Positions 49,757 through 59,294 of a stretch of 64,000 nt of DNA are shown one piece after another. Made by a program: the position numbers and the translations under genes. This DNA comes from an uncultured bacterium. Its GTDB lineage: Bacteria > Verrucomicrobiota > Verrucomicrobiia > Verrucomicrobiales > DEV007. The stretch is from assembly GCA_963977015.1 (NCBI GenBank), contig CAXBMO010000009.1, positions 96,001 to 160,000 of the forward strand. The letters run 5' to 3'. Positions within the stretch are counted from its first letter, which is position 1; every line of letters starts with the position of its first letter. Below the pieces are notes generated by a model. It did no database searches. It saw only the letters and a program-made list of their open reading frames with translations, and was not told the origin of the DNA.

Positions 49757-50926
49757 TCAAACCACCTCGATTCCCTCGGGAATTTCGTAAGGCCACTCCT
49801 TGAGCGCAAATTCCCAGTCTTTCTGGATTCGGTCCACCTGACACTGAGTGAGTTGGTGCACATTGCGCTTGTAGGTCTTTTTCTTTTCCGCGTAGGGAGA
49901 AATGGCCTCCAAGCCTGGCTTTTTGTTAGGAATCCTTAATTGATCAAAGAGCCTTTCAATCTCACCCATCGGATCTTCGGTGATTTTTTCATAGGTCGTC
50001 TCGGCCATATCGGTATCAGGAACTTTTCTCCTCTGATCGAGATACGCACCAATCAGTCGCCGATATTTGTAGAAGACCATCTCTTCAAAATCGACGTCTT
50101 CGAAATCCTGCCAGGCAAACACATTCATCAGCCTGAAGTAGCGATTCATGCTGGATGCAAAAACTTCGTAAGGATTGCGGTGGATGTAGATAAAACGCGC
50201 GCCCGGGAACAACTCTTTTAACAACGTGATCCGAGCCGTGGAAGGCGGATTCTTGAACAGCAACTGCTTCCCGTTGTATGCCAGACTGAGCTTCTTCGCC
50301 AAGGTTTGATAAGCGTGGCAAAACCCTGCGGCTTCCTCTTCCGTTGTCCCATTCAGGAACACGGAGCGCTCAAAGTGCTGCTTCATGTTCTGCGGAAAGT
50401 AATACACGCTGTAGTAGCCAAGCGGGTTGAGGCTTCCCAACGCCATTTCCTCCTCCTGCGGTTCCTCAATGGCCAACTCCACGTTGTCATACCCCCGCTT
50501 TTTCGGCAACGCTTTGGAAATAAAATGGCGCCCCAATTTGTTATGGCTCAAGAGGTTGTGAGGCATCGCCGTTTGCCCAAAATCGAGAAACGCAAACTGG
50601 GGATCACGGCTCAAGAGGTTGTGCAAGTGGGTCGTGCCGCTACGCCAATGCCCAACAATAAAGATCGGGTCGTTGGGTAACTTGTAGTCCCGAATTCGCG
50701 CTTTCCAGTTCAAGTTCTCCAGCGCCGTAAACGGCTGGCGCAACCCGACGACAGCCGTCGCCAGAATTCGCTGCTTCAGGCTGCGCTCACTAAATTGGGA
50801 GTTGAAACGCAAGTGAGAAAGATAGGTATCGAGATCGCAACCCGCCAAAGGATGCAGCAGAGGCGCACGATCCGTCATCGCTCTCTGAACATCCCATTTT
50901 GTGCTACTTCCGGAATTGGAACTCAT
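49757..50926 (-). CDS. PAPS-dependent sulfotransferase (Stf3-like)
   Basis: PIFIVGHWRSGTTHLHNLL 5'-PSB loop, DN.....PQEEE, KNP, FP.ARFIYIHRNPY.V..S. Confidence 0.92.
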   Translation of the reverse strand: MSSNSGSSTKWDVQRAMTDRAPLLHPLAGCDLDTYLSHLRFNSQFSERSLKQRILATAVVGLRQPFTALENLNWKARIRDYKLPNDPIFIVGHWRSGTTHLHNLLSRDPQFAFLDFGQTAMPHNLLSHNKLGRHFISKALPKKRGYDNVELAIEEPQEEEMALGSLNPLGYYSVYYFPQNMKQHFERSVFLNGTTEEEAAGFCHAYQTLAKKLSLAYNGKQLLFKNPPSTARITLLKELFPGARFIYIHRNPYEVFASSMNRYFRLMNVFAWQDFEDVDFEEMVFYKYRRLIGAYLDQRRKVPDTDMAETTYEKITEDPMGEIERLFDQLRIPNKKPGLEAISPYAEKKKTYKRNVHQLTQCQVDRIQKDWEFALKEWPYEIPEGIEVV

Positions 50927-51048
50927 ATTCGTAAGGCTTCGCCCCTCCCATCATCCGGATCAAAAGAAAATTCCGCATTCCCCTCACATTCGTCAGGAAT
51001 CGACCTTCTCCTGAGTTGTGATTTCGACGGTCAGTTGGAAGCTAGGTC

Positions 51049-52239
51049 ATGAAACCCCACCTTGCCTTTGTTTTGCTTACGCTTGTCACCGCTCAGGGAG
51101 AGCCGTGGAAACGTCACACCATTGACGCGTTTGAACCGGAAGCGGGCAAGAAAGGGGCCGATGGCGTTCGTCTCGCAGATGCGAACGGCGATGGTTTGCC
51201 GGATATCGCGACGGGTTGGGAGCAGGGAGGCGCCGTTCGCATATGCCTCAATCCCGGCCCGGACGCCGCCACAACGATCTGGCCGGCCTTCACGGTGGGA
51301 AACGTCAAAGGCGTTGAAGATGCGGTCTTTGCCGATCTCGATGCGGATGGAAACGTCGATGTCGTTTCCTGCGCGGAAGGCCGCGTCAACAGCGTCTTCA
51401 TCCATTGGGCCCCCGCTCCGCCCATCGATCCCAAACTGGGAAACTGGCCAACCGAAGCCATTCCCGCGACGGCCAAAAGGCGTTGGATGTTTGCCCTGCC
51501 GATGGACGTGAATCTAGACGGCAAACTCGACATCGTGGTCGGCTCGAAGAAAGGAAATGCGATCGTGGGTTGGCTGGAACAACCTGCCGATGCCCGGGAT
51601 CTCAAAACCTGGAACCTCCATCCCATGACTCAGGCCGGCTGGATCATGTCCCTGCGAAATCTGGATGTGGATGGAGATGGTGATGAAGACATTGTCTTCA
51701 GCGACCGTTATGAGGATGATTGCGGCGTTTTTTGGATCGAAAATCCGGGGCCGGAATCCTTGCAAATTCGCGAAACGTGGCCCCGCCACTTGATTGGAGG
51801 CGCCGGGCGTCAGGTGATGTTTCTGACGGCCGGTGAATTAAACGGTGAAGGCCGTCCGGAAATCGTCTGCGCGACGCTTGAAGGCGATTTGCTGGTGTTT
51901 GAGCAACTGGAGGATGGTTGGAAGGAATCGGTCTTGCCCCTCCCCTTTGGACTCACCGCTGGGAAAGGCGTCGCCATTGCCGATGTAAACCTGGATGGTC
52001 GAGCCGATCTGATCACCACGTCGGAAGCTCAGCGTGAAAAACCGGGCATGGTGTCCGTTGCCTGGATGGAGCAGAACGAGGACGGCACCTGGAGTGATCA
52101 TCGAATCAGCGATGAAAAAGGCCGGAAATTCGATCGGATCGAGATGCTGGACCTCGATGGAGACGGCGATCTCGATTTGATCACCTGTGAGGAGGTCCAC
52201 AACCTCGGCGTATTCTGGTACGAGAACCCGCTGAAGTAA
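51049..52239 (+). CDS. Secreted FG-GAP/VCBS repeat protein
   Basis: Repeated DxDxDGxxDI motifs; WIENP and WYENP. Confidence 0.9.
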   Translation: MKPHLAFVLLTLVTAQGEPWKRHTIDAFEPEAGKKGADGVRLADANGDGLPDIATGWEQGGAVRICLNPGPDAATTIWPAFTVGNVKGVEDAVFADLDADGNVDVVSCAEGRVNSVFIHWAPAPPIDPKLGNWPTEAIPATAKRRWMFALPMDVNLDGKLDIVVGSKKGNAIVGWLEQPADARDLKTWNLHPMTQAGWIMSLRNLDVDGDGDEDIVFSDRYEDDCGVFWIENPGPESLQIRETWPRHLIGGAGRQVMFLTAGELNGEGRPEIVCATLEGDLLVFEQLEDGWKESVLPLPFGLTAGKGVAIADVNLDGRADLITTSEAQREKPGMVSVAWMEQNEDGTWSDHRISDEKGRKFDRIEMLDLDGDGDLDLITCEEVHNLGVFWYENPLK

Positions 52240-52246
52240 CCCCGAG

Positions 52247-52714
52247 CTAACCGTCAGCCGGTTCCTCCCGGCCCCAGAACCACGCTCCGCGATCCATCAT
52301 CACAAGCGCCAGCGCGATTCCCAGGAGGACGATGTTCCGCCCGATGGCGAGCGCATAATTGGTCACTTCCTCTGAATCGCCAAAACAACCACAGCTGATT
52401 TCCAAACCGCGCATCCACGCCGATCCCAACGCGAGATTGAAAACAAATATCGACGTTCCCAAAATCGCCAAGCTTCCCAGATAACATCGATGGATGATCA
52501 ACCCGATGCCGCAAAAGATCTCCAACCACGGCAACGTCACACCGATGATCGCGGGCCAGGGGTCACCCACGATATTGAAATCAAGAACGGACTTCGCGAA
52601 CAATTCCGGGTTTCGAACCTTGAGATAGCCGGAGAAGACGAACATTCCTCCCAGAAAAATGCGCATGATCCTCTCCAGCCACAGGCCGATTTTCTCCGCG
52701 TGTTCAGAATCCAT
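52247..52714 (-). CDS. MauE/DoxX family membrane protein
   Basis: LPWLE...G, RGLEISCGCFG motif. Confidence 0.88.
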   Translation of the reverse strand: MDSEHAEKIGLWLERIMRIFLGGMFVFSGYLKVRNPELFAKSVLDFNIVGDPWPAIIGVTLPWLEIFCGIGLIIHRCYLGSLAILGTSIFVFNLALGSAWMRGLEISCGCFGDSEEVTNYALAIGRNIVLLGIALALVMMDRGAWFWGREEPADG

Positions 52715-53099
52715 CTTCGTCGCAACAAATGACCGCGTTCGCGGCGGCATATTGATCGGTGTGGGTGAGGCTAATCATGATTTTGGTGATGCTCTTCCGC
52801 TTGGCATAGTCTTTCCCGCGCCCACAAAGCACGACATAAGGTTCGCCGGAATCGCGCCGGAGAATTTCCATGTCGGTCCAGTTTAAATCCGCACCGATTC
52901 CCGTTCCAAACGCCTTGGCGATCGCCTCCTTTGCCGCAAAACGGGCTGCGTAATGCCGGCTGGAGAACTTCATCGCATCACAGTATTTGCGCTCGGAAGC
53001 CGTGAACACACGATCAAGGAACGCATCGCCAAGCCGATCAATCGACTGCCGGATCCGCGCGTTCTCGACGACATCGACGCCGATGCCAAAAATCATCAT
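52704..53099 (-). CDS. acpS: Holo-ACP synthase
   Basis: GIGVDVV, AARFAAKEA.AKA.GTG, ISLTH. Confidence 0.96.
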   Translation of the reverse strand: MMIFGIGVDVVENARIRQSIDRLGDAFLDRVFTASERKYCDAMKFSSRHYAARFAAKEAIAKAFGTGIGADLNWTDMEILRRDSGEPYVVLCGRGKDYAKRKSITKIMISLTHTDQYAAANAVICCDEDGF

Positions 53100-53104
53100 A
53101 GGGA

Positions 53105-53863
53105 CTAGATACCGGGATCGTAGCGACTCATCAAGTCCAACATGTCGGCAACGCTTTGCTTCAATCCCACAAAGACAGCCCGCGAAACCAGATGGTGACC
53201 GACGTTTAATTCCGCCAAATAGGGAACCTGAAAGAGGGTCGGCAAATTCATCAAATTGATCCCGTGCCCGGCATTGACTTGCAATCCAGCCCGGTGGGCT
53301 TGATCCGCCGCCGCGATGAGGCGCTTCAATTCCTCGGGACAACCTGCGGGAGCGCCATTGGCGAACGCTCCGGTATGGAGTTCGATCATTTTTGCCCCCA
53401 ACTCCGCGGATTTCGCGACTTGCTCAGGATCGGGATCGATAAAGAGGCTGACCAACGTGCCATTTTCCTGAAGTCGATCAATCGTGCCCTGCAATTCCCC
53501 GGCATTCCCAACGACATCAAGCCCTCCTTCCGTCGTAACCTCCTGACGGTTCTCCGGAACGAGGCAAACGAAATCAGGCTTGATCGAAATCCCGATTTCT
53601 ACAATCTCCGGCGTGTTTCCCATCTCCAGATTCAGGGGGAACTTCTGGATCTCCCGAACGCGAACGACATCCGTATCCTGGATATGACGACGGTCTTCCC
53701 GCAAATGCATCGTGATCGAGTCAGCCCCCGCCTCGATGCAGATTTTCGCAGCTTCCAACAGATCGGGCTCCGCGTTGTGAGCATCCGGCATGGTGGAATA
53801 CCGCGCCTGTCGCAACGTTGCGACGTGGTCGATGTTTACGCCTAATTTCAGCTTTCTCGGCAT
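53105..53863 (-). CDS. pdxJ: Pyridoxine 5'-phosphate synthase
   Basis: LGVNIDHVATLRQAR, HLREDRRHIQ, TTEGGLD, ELHTG, NAGHG. Confidence 0.98.
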   Translation of the reverse strand: MPRKLKLGVNIDHVATLRQARYSTMPDAHNAEPDLLEAAKICIEAGADSITMHLREDRRHIQDTDVVRVREIQKFPLNLEMGNTPEIVEIGISIKPDFVCLVPENRQEVTTEGGLDVVGNAGELQGTIDRLQENGTLVSLFIDPDPEQVAKSAELGAKMIELHTGAFANGAPAGCPEELKRLIAAADQAHRAGLQVNAGHGINLMNLPTLFQVPYLAELNVGHHLVSRAVFVGLKQSVADMLDLMSRYDPGI

Positions 53864-53920
53864 GGTCGGAACAAAGCGCCAAAATGCGGAGAATCGAAGT
53901 GCGAATTTCCAGTTCCTGTG

Positions 53921-54397
53921 TCAGCAGCCCAGCTTGCCGGCTTTGAACTGGCGAAAAATCTCCTCGCAGCCATCCTCAAGCAAATCGAGAACCAACTCAA
54001 ATCCGGCTTCCCCACCGTAGTAGGGATCGGGAACTTCCTTGTGAGTATGCTCCGTGCAAAAATCACAAAACAACCGGATCTTTTTCACCTGATCCCCGTT
54101 GGAAGCCAAATTCTCAAGGTCGACAAAATTCGCGCGATCCATCGCCAGAATCAGGTCAAAATCGTCCAAGTCCTGAGGTCGCACTTGTCGGGCGCGTCCG
54201 TGCATTTCAATTCCCCGGGCCTGCGCCGCCTTGGTCATGCGCGAGTCCGGCGGATTCCCGGCATGCATTCCGATCGTCCCCGCTGAATCCAACTCCATCT
54301 CGCTCGTCGCACGTTCACGCTCAAGCAGATGGCGTATCACGTTCTCCCCGGAGGGAGAGCGACAGATATTTCCCATGCAGACAAACAGAAGCTTCAT
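53921..54397 (-). CDS. Low-molecular-weight protein-tyrosine phosphatase
   Basis: VCMGNICRSP, DSAGT, VPDPYYGG. Confidence 0.95.
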   Translation of the reverse strand: MKLLFVCMGNICRSPSGENVIRHLLERERATSEMELDSAGTIGMHAGNPPDSRMTKAAQARGIEMHGRARQVRPQDLDDFDLILAMDRANFVDLENLASNGDQVKKIRLFCDFCTEHTHKEVPDPYYGGEAGFELVLDLLEDGCEEIFRQFKAGKLGC

Positions 54398-55251
54398 CGG
54401 CGAACCAATTGGATTGGCTGCACCGGTTCTGCAAGTTGGAATCTGGCGAGGGCGCGATACATCTGCAGGCAATGTGGATGACTGAGGCGACTGGAAAGCA
54501 CCGCACGGGAGTCATCGTAGCACCCCAACTTTAGAATTTCGATTTCCACCTGACGCACTCCCCAGCGATTCATGGAGGATCTCGAGGGGTGATAAATGTC
54601 AATCGTATTGGTTCCAACCAAGGCGCTTCCGTAGTCTTCCACGACGTAAATCTTGTCCTCCCCTACGATCCGGAAGGTTGTTCCCAAAGGGAATCGCGAC
54701 CAGTCTGCGGCCGCCGAATTGTGGCTGCGGCTGGACCTCAACTTCGTTCCAATCGCAGTCGAGCGTCCGTATTCCTTGTGATCGGCTTCCGAATGCGTGT
54801 AGGCCGTTGTCCGAACCGTTCGGCGCATTGCCCCCGAGACCGGAGTCAGATTTTCGGGAGGCGCGATCAAACTGGAACGCAATCTTGCCAAACTGCCAAT
54901 CCTCGTATCGACAGTGGAATCGACGGCCTGCCGAATGGTGGGTTGGGAACGTTGGGCAAGAGATGACGAAGCCACAGGAATTCGCGTCGATGACGACGAT
55001 GGCGGTCGCACCTGAGGTTGCATTGTCCTGAGTACCGGTTGCGCACGATAGCGGGTATCTTGGGTCAGCTTTTTATTGGAAGAGACCGGAATGACGCTTC
55101 GGAATAAACTGGCAACCCGTTTCGAAGAGCCTTTAAGGCCGGTGGAGGCGGATGGTGAAGCTTTATCGCGGCGAAAAATGCCCGCATCACTGCTCTGAGC
55201 CGAGAGCAAAACTGTCCCACAGATGAGACCGTATAGGAGGTTCGATTTCAT
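54394..55251 (-). CDS. Secreted 3D-domain protein
   Basis: Signal peptide; RTTAY, AAADWS.FP.GT, VEDYGSALVG...IDIY. Confidence 0.85.
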   Translation of the reverse strand: MKSNLLYGLICGTVLLSAQSSDAGIFRRDKASPSASTGLKGSSKRVASLFRSVIPVSSNKKLTQDTRYRAQPVLRTMQPQVRPPSSSSTRIPVASSSLAQRSQPTIRQAVDSTVDTRIGSLARLRSSLIAPPENLTPVSGAMRRTVRTTAYTHSEADHKEYGRSTAIGTKLRSSRSHNSAAADWSRFPLGTTFRIVGEDKIYVVEDYGSALVGTNTIDIYHPSRSSMNRWGVRQVEIEILKLGCYDDSRAVLSSRLSHPHCLQMYRALARFQLAEPVQPIQLVRR

Positions 55252-55392
55252 GATTATTCCGTCCACAATAATCATAAAGATTATAACATGTAAAGAGAAA
55301 CAGATTTTAAAGCAATCTTAAGCAAATCTGCAGGTTTGAGATTCCTTTATCTTGACTAGGACTGCCTCCTGCTGACAAAGGGTGTCTCCCGA

Positions 55393-56175
55393 ATGACATC
55401 TCGTACCGAGCTCAAAGTCGTGGCTCTCGTCACGGCCTATAATGAAGAGTCAACAATTGGGGAAATTGTGGATGTTCTGAAGCAGTGTCCGATGATCGAT
55501 CAAGTGCAGGTCGTTGATGACGGTTCAACTGACCAAACCCGGTTTGAGGCCGAGTCGAGAGGCATCAAAGTGATCTCCCTGAAAGAGCGGGTTCCGGTGG
55601 GTCAAGCCATCATGCATCACCTCACCGAAATTGAAGACGAGTGCATTCTTCTTTGGTGCGATGCGGACTTGGTGGGCTTGAAGCCCGATTACATGGAGAC
55701 GCTGATTCACAGGTTTCGCCAGGAAACAGTCACCCAATCGCTCAGTTCACGCGGCGTGCCGCTGGATTGGCCGAAATGGCTTCGAGGCTGGCCCATCCGT
55801 CAAATCTGGGCCGCAGCGTTCGGCCCAATCACCGGAGAACGCGCCATTCTCCGGTCGGATTTCGTAAAGGCCATCGAACTATCTCGTACACTCAATTGGG
55901 CAGAAATGATGCGCGGCTACGGAATTGTGCTTTTCCTGAATTGGTATGGCAACGCATTCGGAAGTGGACACGTCATCTCCTATTTCGACCAATTACGCCA
56001 GCGCCAGAAGTACGAGAAATGGGGAAAACGATCTTTCCGTGAAATGGTGATGCAATGGATCCAGTTCGGCTTGGTCTGGATAAAAATCCGGATCCATTCC
56101 CGCCAAATTCGGGCTTCGCATCGCAGAGTTTCGGCAGATTCAAGTCTCAGCCCTGAAACTCCTCAAGCCGGCTGA
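55393..56175 (+). CDS. Glycosyltransferase family 2
   Basis: AYNEE, VVDDGSTDQT, DAD motif. Confidence 0.85.
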   Translation: MTSRTELKVVALVTAYNEESTIGEIVDVLKQCPMIDQVQVVDDGSTDQTRFEAESRGIKVISLKERVPVGQAIMHHLTEIEDECILLWCDADLVGLKPDYMETLIHRFRQETVTQSLSSRGVPLDWPKWLRGWPIRQIWAAAFGPITGERAILRSDFVKAIELSRTLNWAEMMRGYGIVLFLNWYGNAFGSGHVISYFDQLRQRQKYEKWGKRSFREMVMQWIQFGLVWIKIRIHSRQIRASHRRVSADSSLSPETPQAG

Positions 56176-56409
56176 CTAGTTCGCGCCCTGAAGAACGTTT
56201 TCATTCCCCGCGCGCTGAGGCCGTTCATTGACCCACTTTTCCCGATGATTGATCACCCAATCGATCAGGGCCGCGTCAAAACCAATATCCCTTCCAGCGT
56301 CCTCACTCCGCAGCCATTTGTGTTTCAGAACTTCTTCCCGTTCGGCCAAAAATTCTTTGTAGAACAAGGGGTGGTCCGCGGAGGTGTTGGTGTTGAGTCT
56401 AGGTTTCAA
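56176..56409 (-). CDS. Small DUF4032-like protein
   Basis: EREEVLKHKWLRSE.AGRDIGF..AL.DW motif; start uncertain. Confidence 0.75.
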   Translation of the reverse strand: MKPRLNTNTSADHPLFYKEFLAEREEVLKHKWLRSEDAGRDIGFDAALIDWVINHREKWVNERPQRAGNENVLQGAN

Positions 56410-56493
56410 ATTACAAGGGGTGTTATGTGACTATTTCTCAACTACGGGAATAATCCAAGGAAAAGATAAGGGAAATCCTTATACGCTTTCAAC

Positions 56494-56979
56494 CTAGTCG
56501 AATGGAAACGGATAGAGCTCGTCATGCTCCGTTCGCTCCTCTTCGGTCATTCGACCTCGTTCCACACGAGTGGTAAATGCTCCAACAATTTTCCCATCAG
56601 CAAAATACTGCCAATCCACAATCTGGTTTTCGGTAAAGCGAACTTCCTCAAGGGCCTCAACCTTTTGAAGCTTCATGGGCGCTTCGTTCACGATTCCACT
56701 GAATCCGTCTTCCTCGGCTTTGATGCCGTTGACCCAAAGATCCTCAAACACATCACCTTCTCCGATCCGCACCTTTGCCAGAAATCCGGTTCCCTCCGTT
56801 TCGGTATCTTGTGAGGTAGCCACAAAGTCCGCGAAGGTATCCCTCGCATGATCCATTGCTGCGTTGATTTCCTCGTCATCCGAAGAAATCGGATCAACAT
56901 CCACGAGAGGAGCATCCTCACGTGAACAACCGGCCACAAACAGACTTATCAGTAGGATAGCTTTGAACCTCAAGAGCAT
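56494..56979 (-). CDS. DUF2314 (YegJ-like) lipoprotein
   Basis: Lipobox VAGC; D.EINAAM..AR.T, E.LWV, G...NE.P, I.DW......G.FT. Confidence 0.8.
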   Translation of the reverse strand: MLLRFKAILLISLFVAGCSREDAPLVDVDPISSDDEEINAAMDHARDTFADFVATSQDTETEGTGFLAKVRIGEGDVFEDLWVNGIKAEEDGFSGIVNEAPMKLQKVEALEEVRFTENQIVDWQYFADGKIVGAFTTRVERGRMTEEERTEHDELYPFPFD

Positions 56980-57010
56980 CTGATGATGCTCGCCGATTGA
57001 ATTCAGAACC

Positions 57011-57670
57011 TCAAGGCTGAAATTCAGTGGGTTTCCCCTCCATCGGCTGAGCAAACCGGTCTCCTGAATTGCCGCTGGTCGGTGGATGATAGTCCGCATC
57101 ATCAATTCTCCCGGCATCTTCAAAAATAGGAACGTCCAGCCCGGTCAACACTCCAGACTTGGGTAGCTCGTCTTCCGGTTCAGCCTGGGGAGCGCTGAGC
57201 TGTTTCAACTGATGAATCCGAAGGCGGAACACGTAGAGGTAGCTGATGAAGCACTCGATCAAATCAAGCGTAATCTCAGCAATCTGCTGATTGCTTTCGC
57301 GCTCCATGTCGAAATGCGCGCCCAATCCGTGGCCATCTTTGAGTGACGCGGCCAACTCAACCAGAGGCTGGTCCGTATTGACGGCTTTGATCAACTTCTC
57401 GACCAACTGCGCCAGATTCCCATTTTGCTCGGTAAAGGAAAGCTCGGTCCTGGCAATGTTCTCAAGCACCTTGCCGCACAAGGCGACAGACGCGTCCCAA
57501 CTCCCCGAATTGTAGGCGCTCACTGATGCGTTGTAAGCCCGCATGATTTTGTGAGACTCTTCAAGGATCCTTCGATCGCCATTGAAGCAGCTCTGGCGCT
57601 CAAAATTTACTTTCTGAAAGGGGGAGAGAGAGGGGTTAGGCATGGCGTGCTTATCCATATAACCGCCCAT
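57011..57670 (-). CDS. DUF4145-like (HEPN-related) protein
   Basis: AY..G.WDASVALCGKVLE...G..GAH pattern. Confidence 0.55.
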   Translation of the reverse strand: MGGYMDKHAMPNPSLSPFQKVNFERQSCFNGDRRILEESHKIMRAYNASVSAYNSGSWDASVALCGKVLENIARTELSFTEQNGNLAQLVEKLIKAVNTDQPLVELAASLKDGHGLGAHFDMERESNQQIAEITLDLIECFISYLYVFRLRIHQLKQLSAPQAEPEDELPKSGVLTGLDVPIFEDAGRIDDADYHPPTSGNSGDRFAQPMEGKPTEFQP

Positions 57671-57723
57671 GATTGAGAATCTGTCAGGATTAGCAAGCAA
57701 TAAGTCCGAATTTTTTGGACTCC

Positions 57724-59133
57724 TTAATGAAGTTGGGGGTAGATCGCTTTCAGGTTCAAACTATCCTCCATTTCATCCTGGAGTTGCAAGAGCTTGGAAA
57801 AGAGAAGCTTAACAATTGGTAACTTCTCAGGATTCTTTGCCAGGTTCTTGGTTTCGTGCGGATCGTCGGCAAGGTTGAAAAGCAACGCAACCGGCTCTTT
57901 CGGGTAGAGAATCAACTTGTAGTCGCTGTGAATCACAGCCCTCTGCCCATCCAGATAAGCCCCATAGATCGACTCATAGCCGTTTTCTTCGCCTCTTAGA
58001 ATCGGCATCAAGCTGTTGAACTCGACGTAGTCCGGCTTGTCCGCTCCCGTCAGGTCGATCGTCGTCGCCATGATGTCCTGCAGATAAACACGCTCGTCGA
58101 TCTTTGCTCCTTTTGCAATTCCCGGTCCCTTCACCATCAGGGGAACCCGAAGGCTATGATCAAACATGTTCTGTTTTCCCATCAATCCATGTTGGCCAAC
58201 AGCCAAACCATGATCAGCGCTGAAGAAGATGTAGGTATTGTCCGCTTTTCCGGAAGCTTCCAACTCATCCAGAATTCTCCCAATTTGGTGATCCATGTGA
58301 GTGATGATCGCATAGTATTCCTGCCGATTGACCTTCACCGCATTCTCTGTGCGCGGAAACGGAGCCAGCTTCTCATCGCGAAGCCCTCGACCGGACTTCA
58401 TCACTTCATTGAAGGGATACTCCGGCATGAAGTTGACCGGCATCGCGATTTCCGACAAGGGATAGCGGTCAACGTAGGATTGGGGACTCTGGCGGGGATC
58501 ATGTGGCGCATTGAACGCGAGATACATGAAGAACGGCGTGCTCATTCCCCCTGCCACTTGCAGGTAATCGACCGCGTCATCCCCCAGCACTTCACTCCAA
58601 TGTTTGCCACCTTTCCAGAAGCCTTCAAACTTGGGATCAGAAGGGCTCCAGGGATCAGGTTTCCCGTCGATCGGGCGATTGTAGCCTTCCTTGGTCTGAT
58701 TCGGCATGCCGGGACGAACATTCCGACTGATCGAGAAAATTTGCTGCGTGTCGGCCTTCACATGCCACTTGCCTGAAAAATAGGTGTCGTAACCTGCGTC
58801 CTGCAACACCTGACTCCACATCTGACCTTCCTCCTGCATCACCTTCAGATCCGATTGGTTCGCCCGCCAGATAAACTTGCCGGTGTTCAACATGGTTCGG
58901 CTCGCGACGCAAACAGCCCCCGACCAGCTCCCCATATTGTAGGCATGCGTGAAGGTCGTCCCTCCAGCCACCAGTCGATCAAGATTGGGAGTCTGAACCT
59001 CTCGATTTCCCAAGGAGTTGATCGTGTCAAAACACTGATCATCCGCGAAGATGAACAGGAGATTCGGCTTTTCGGCTCCGAAGCCGGAAACAGCAAAACT
59101 CAACGCCGAGAGAAAGACAAAGAAGGGTTTCAT
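57724..59133 (-). CDS. Secreted sulfatase (S1)
   Basis: KPNLLFIFADD, TPNLD, CVASR (formylglycine Cys), GKWH, APHDP, ADHG. Confidence 0.95.
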   Translation of the reverse strand: MKPFFVFLSALSFAVSGFGAEKPNLLFIFADDQCFDTINSLGNREVQTPNLDRLVAGGTTFTHAYNMGSWSGAVCVASRTMLNTGKFIWRANQSDLKVMQEEGQMWSQVLQDAGYDTYFSGKWHVKADTQQIFSISRNVRPGMPNQTKEGYNRPIDGKPDPWSPSDPKFEGFWKGGKHWSEVLGDDAVDYLQVAGGMSTPFFMYLAFNAPHDPRQSPQSYVDRYPLSEIAMPVNFMPEYPFNEVMKSGRGLRDEKLAPFPRTENAVKVNRQEYYAIITHMDHQIGRILDELEASGKADNTYIFFSADHGLAVGQHGLMGKQNMFDHSLRVPLMVKGPGIAKGAKIDERVYLQDIMATTIDLTGADKPDYVEFNSLMPILRGEENGYESIYGAYLDGQRAVIHSDYKLILYPKEPVALLFNLADDPHETKNLAKNPEKLPIVKLLFSKLLQLQDEMEDSLNLKAIYPQLH

Positions 59134-59294
59134 GGGCGGCACCGAAGAGTAGTTTCAGAGGGGATGCAACTCTGATCCGTCTCCATGGATCGGCCTTGGA
59201 CTCACCTCCTCGCCACAATCCCTGCAACTCATCGTCTCATACGGGTTTCCATTCGACGCACCGCTATGAACCACCTAGATTCCTCCATTGCTTC

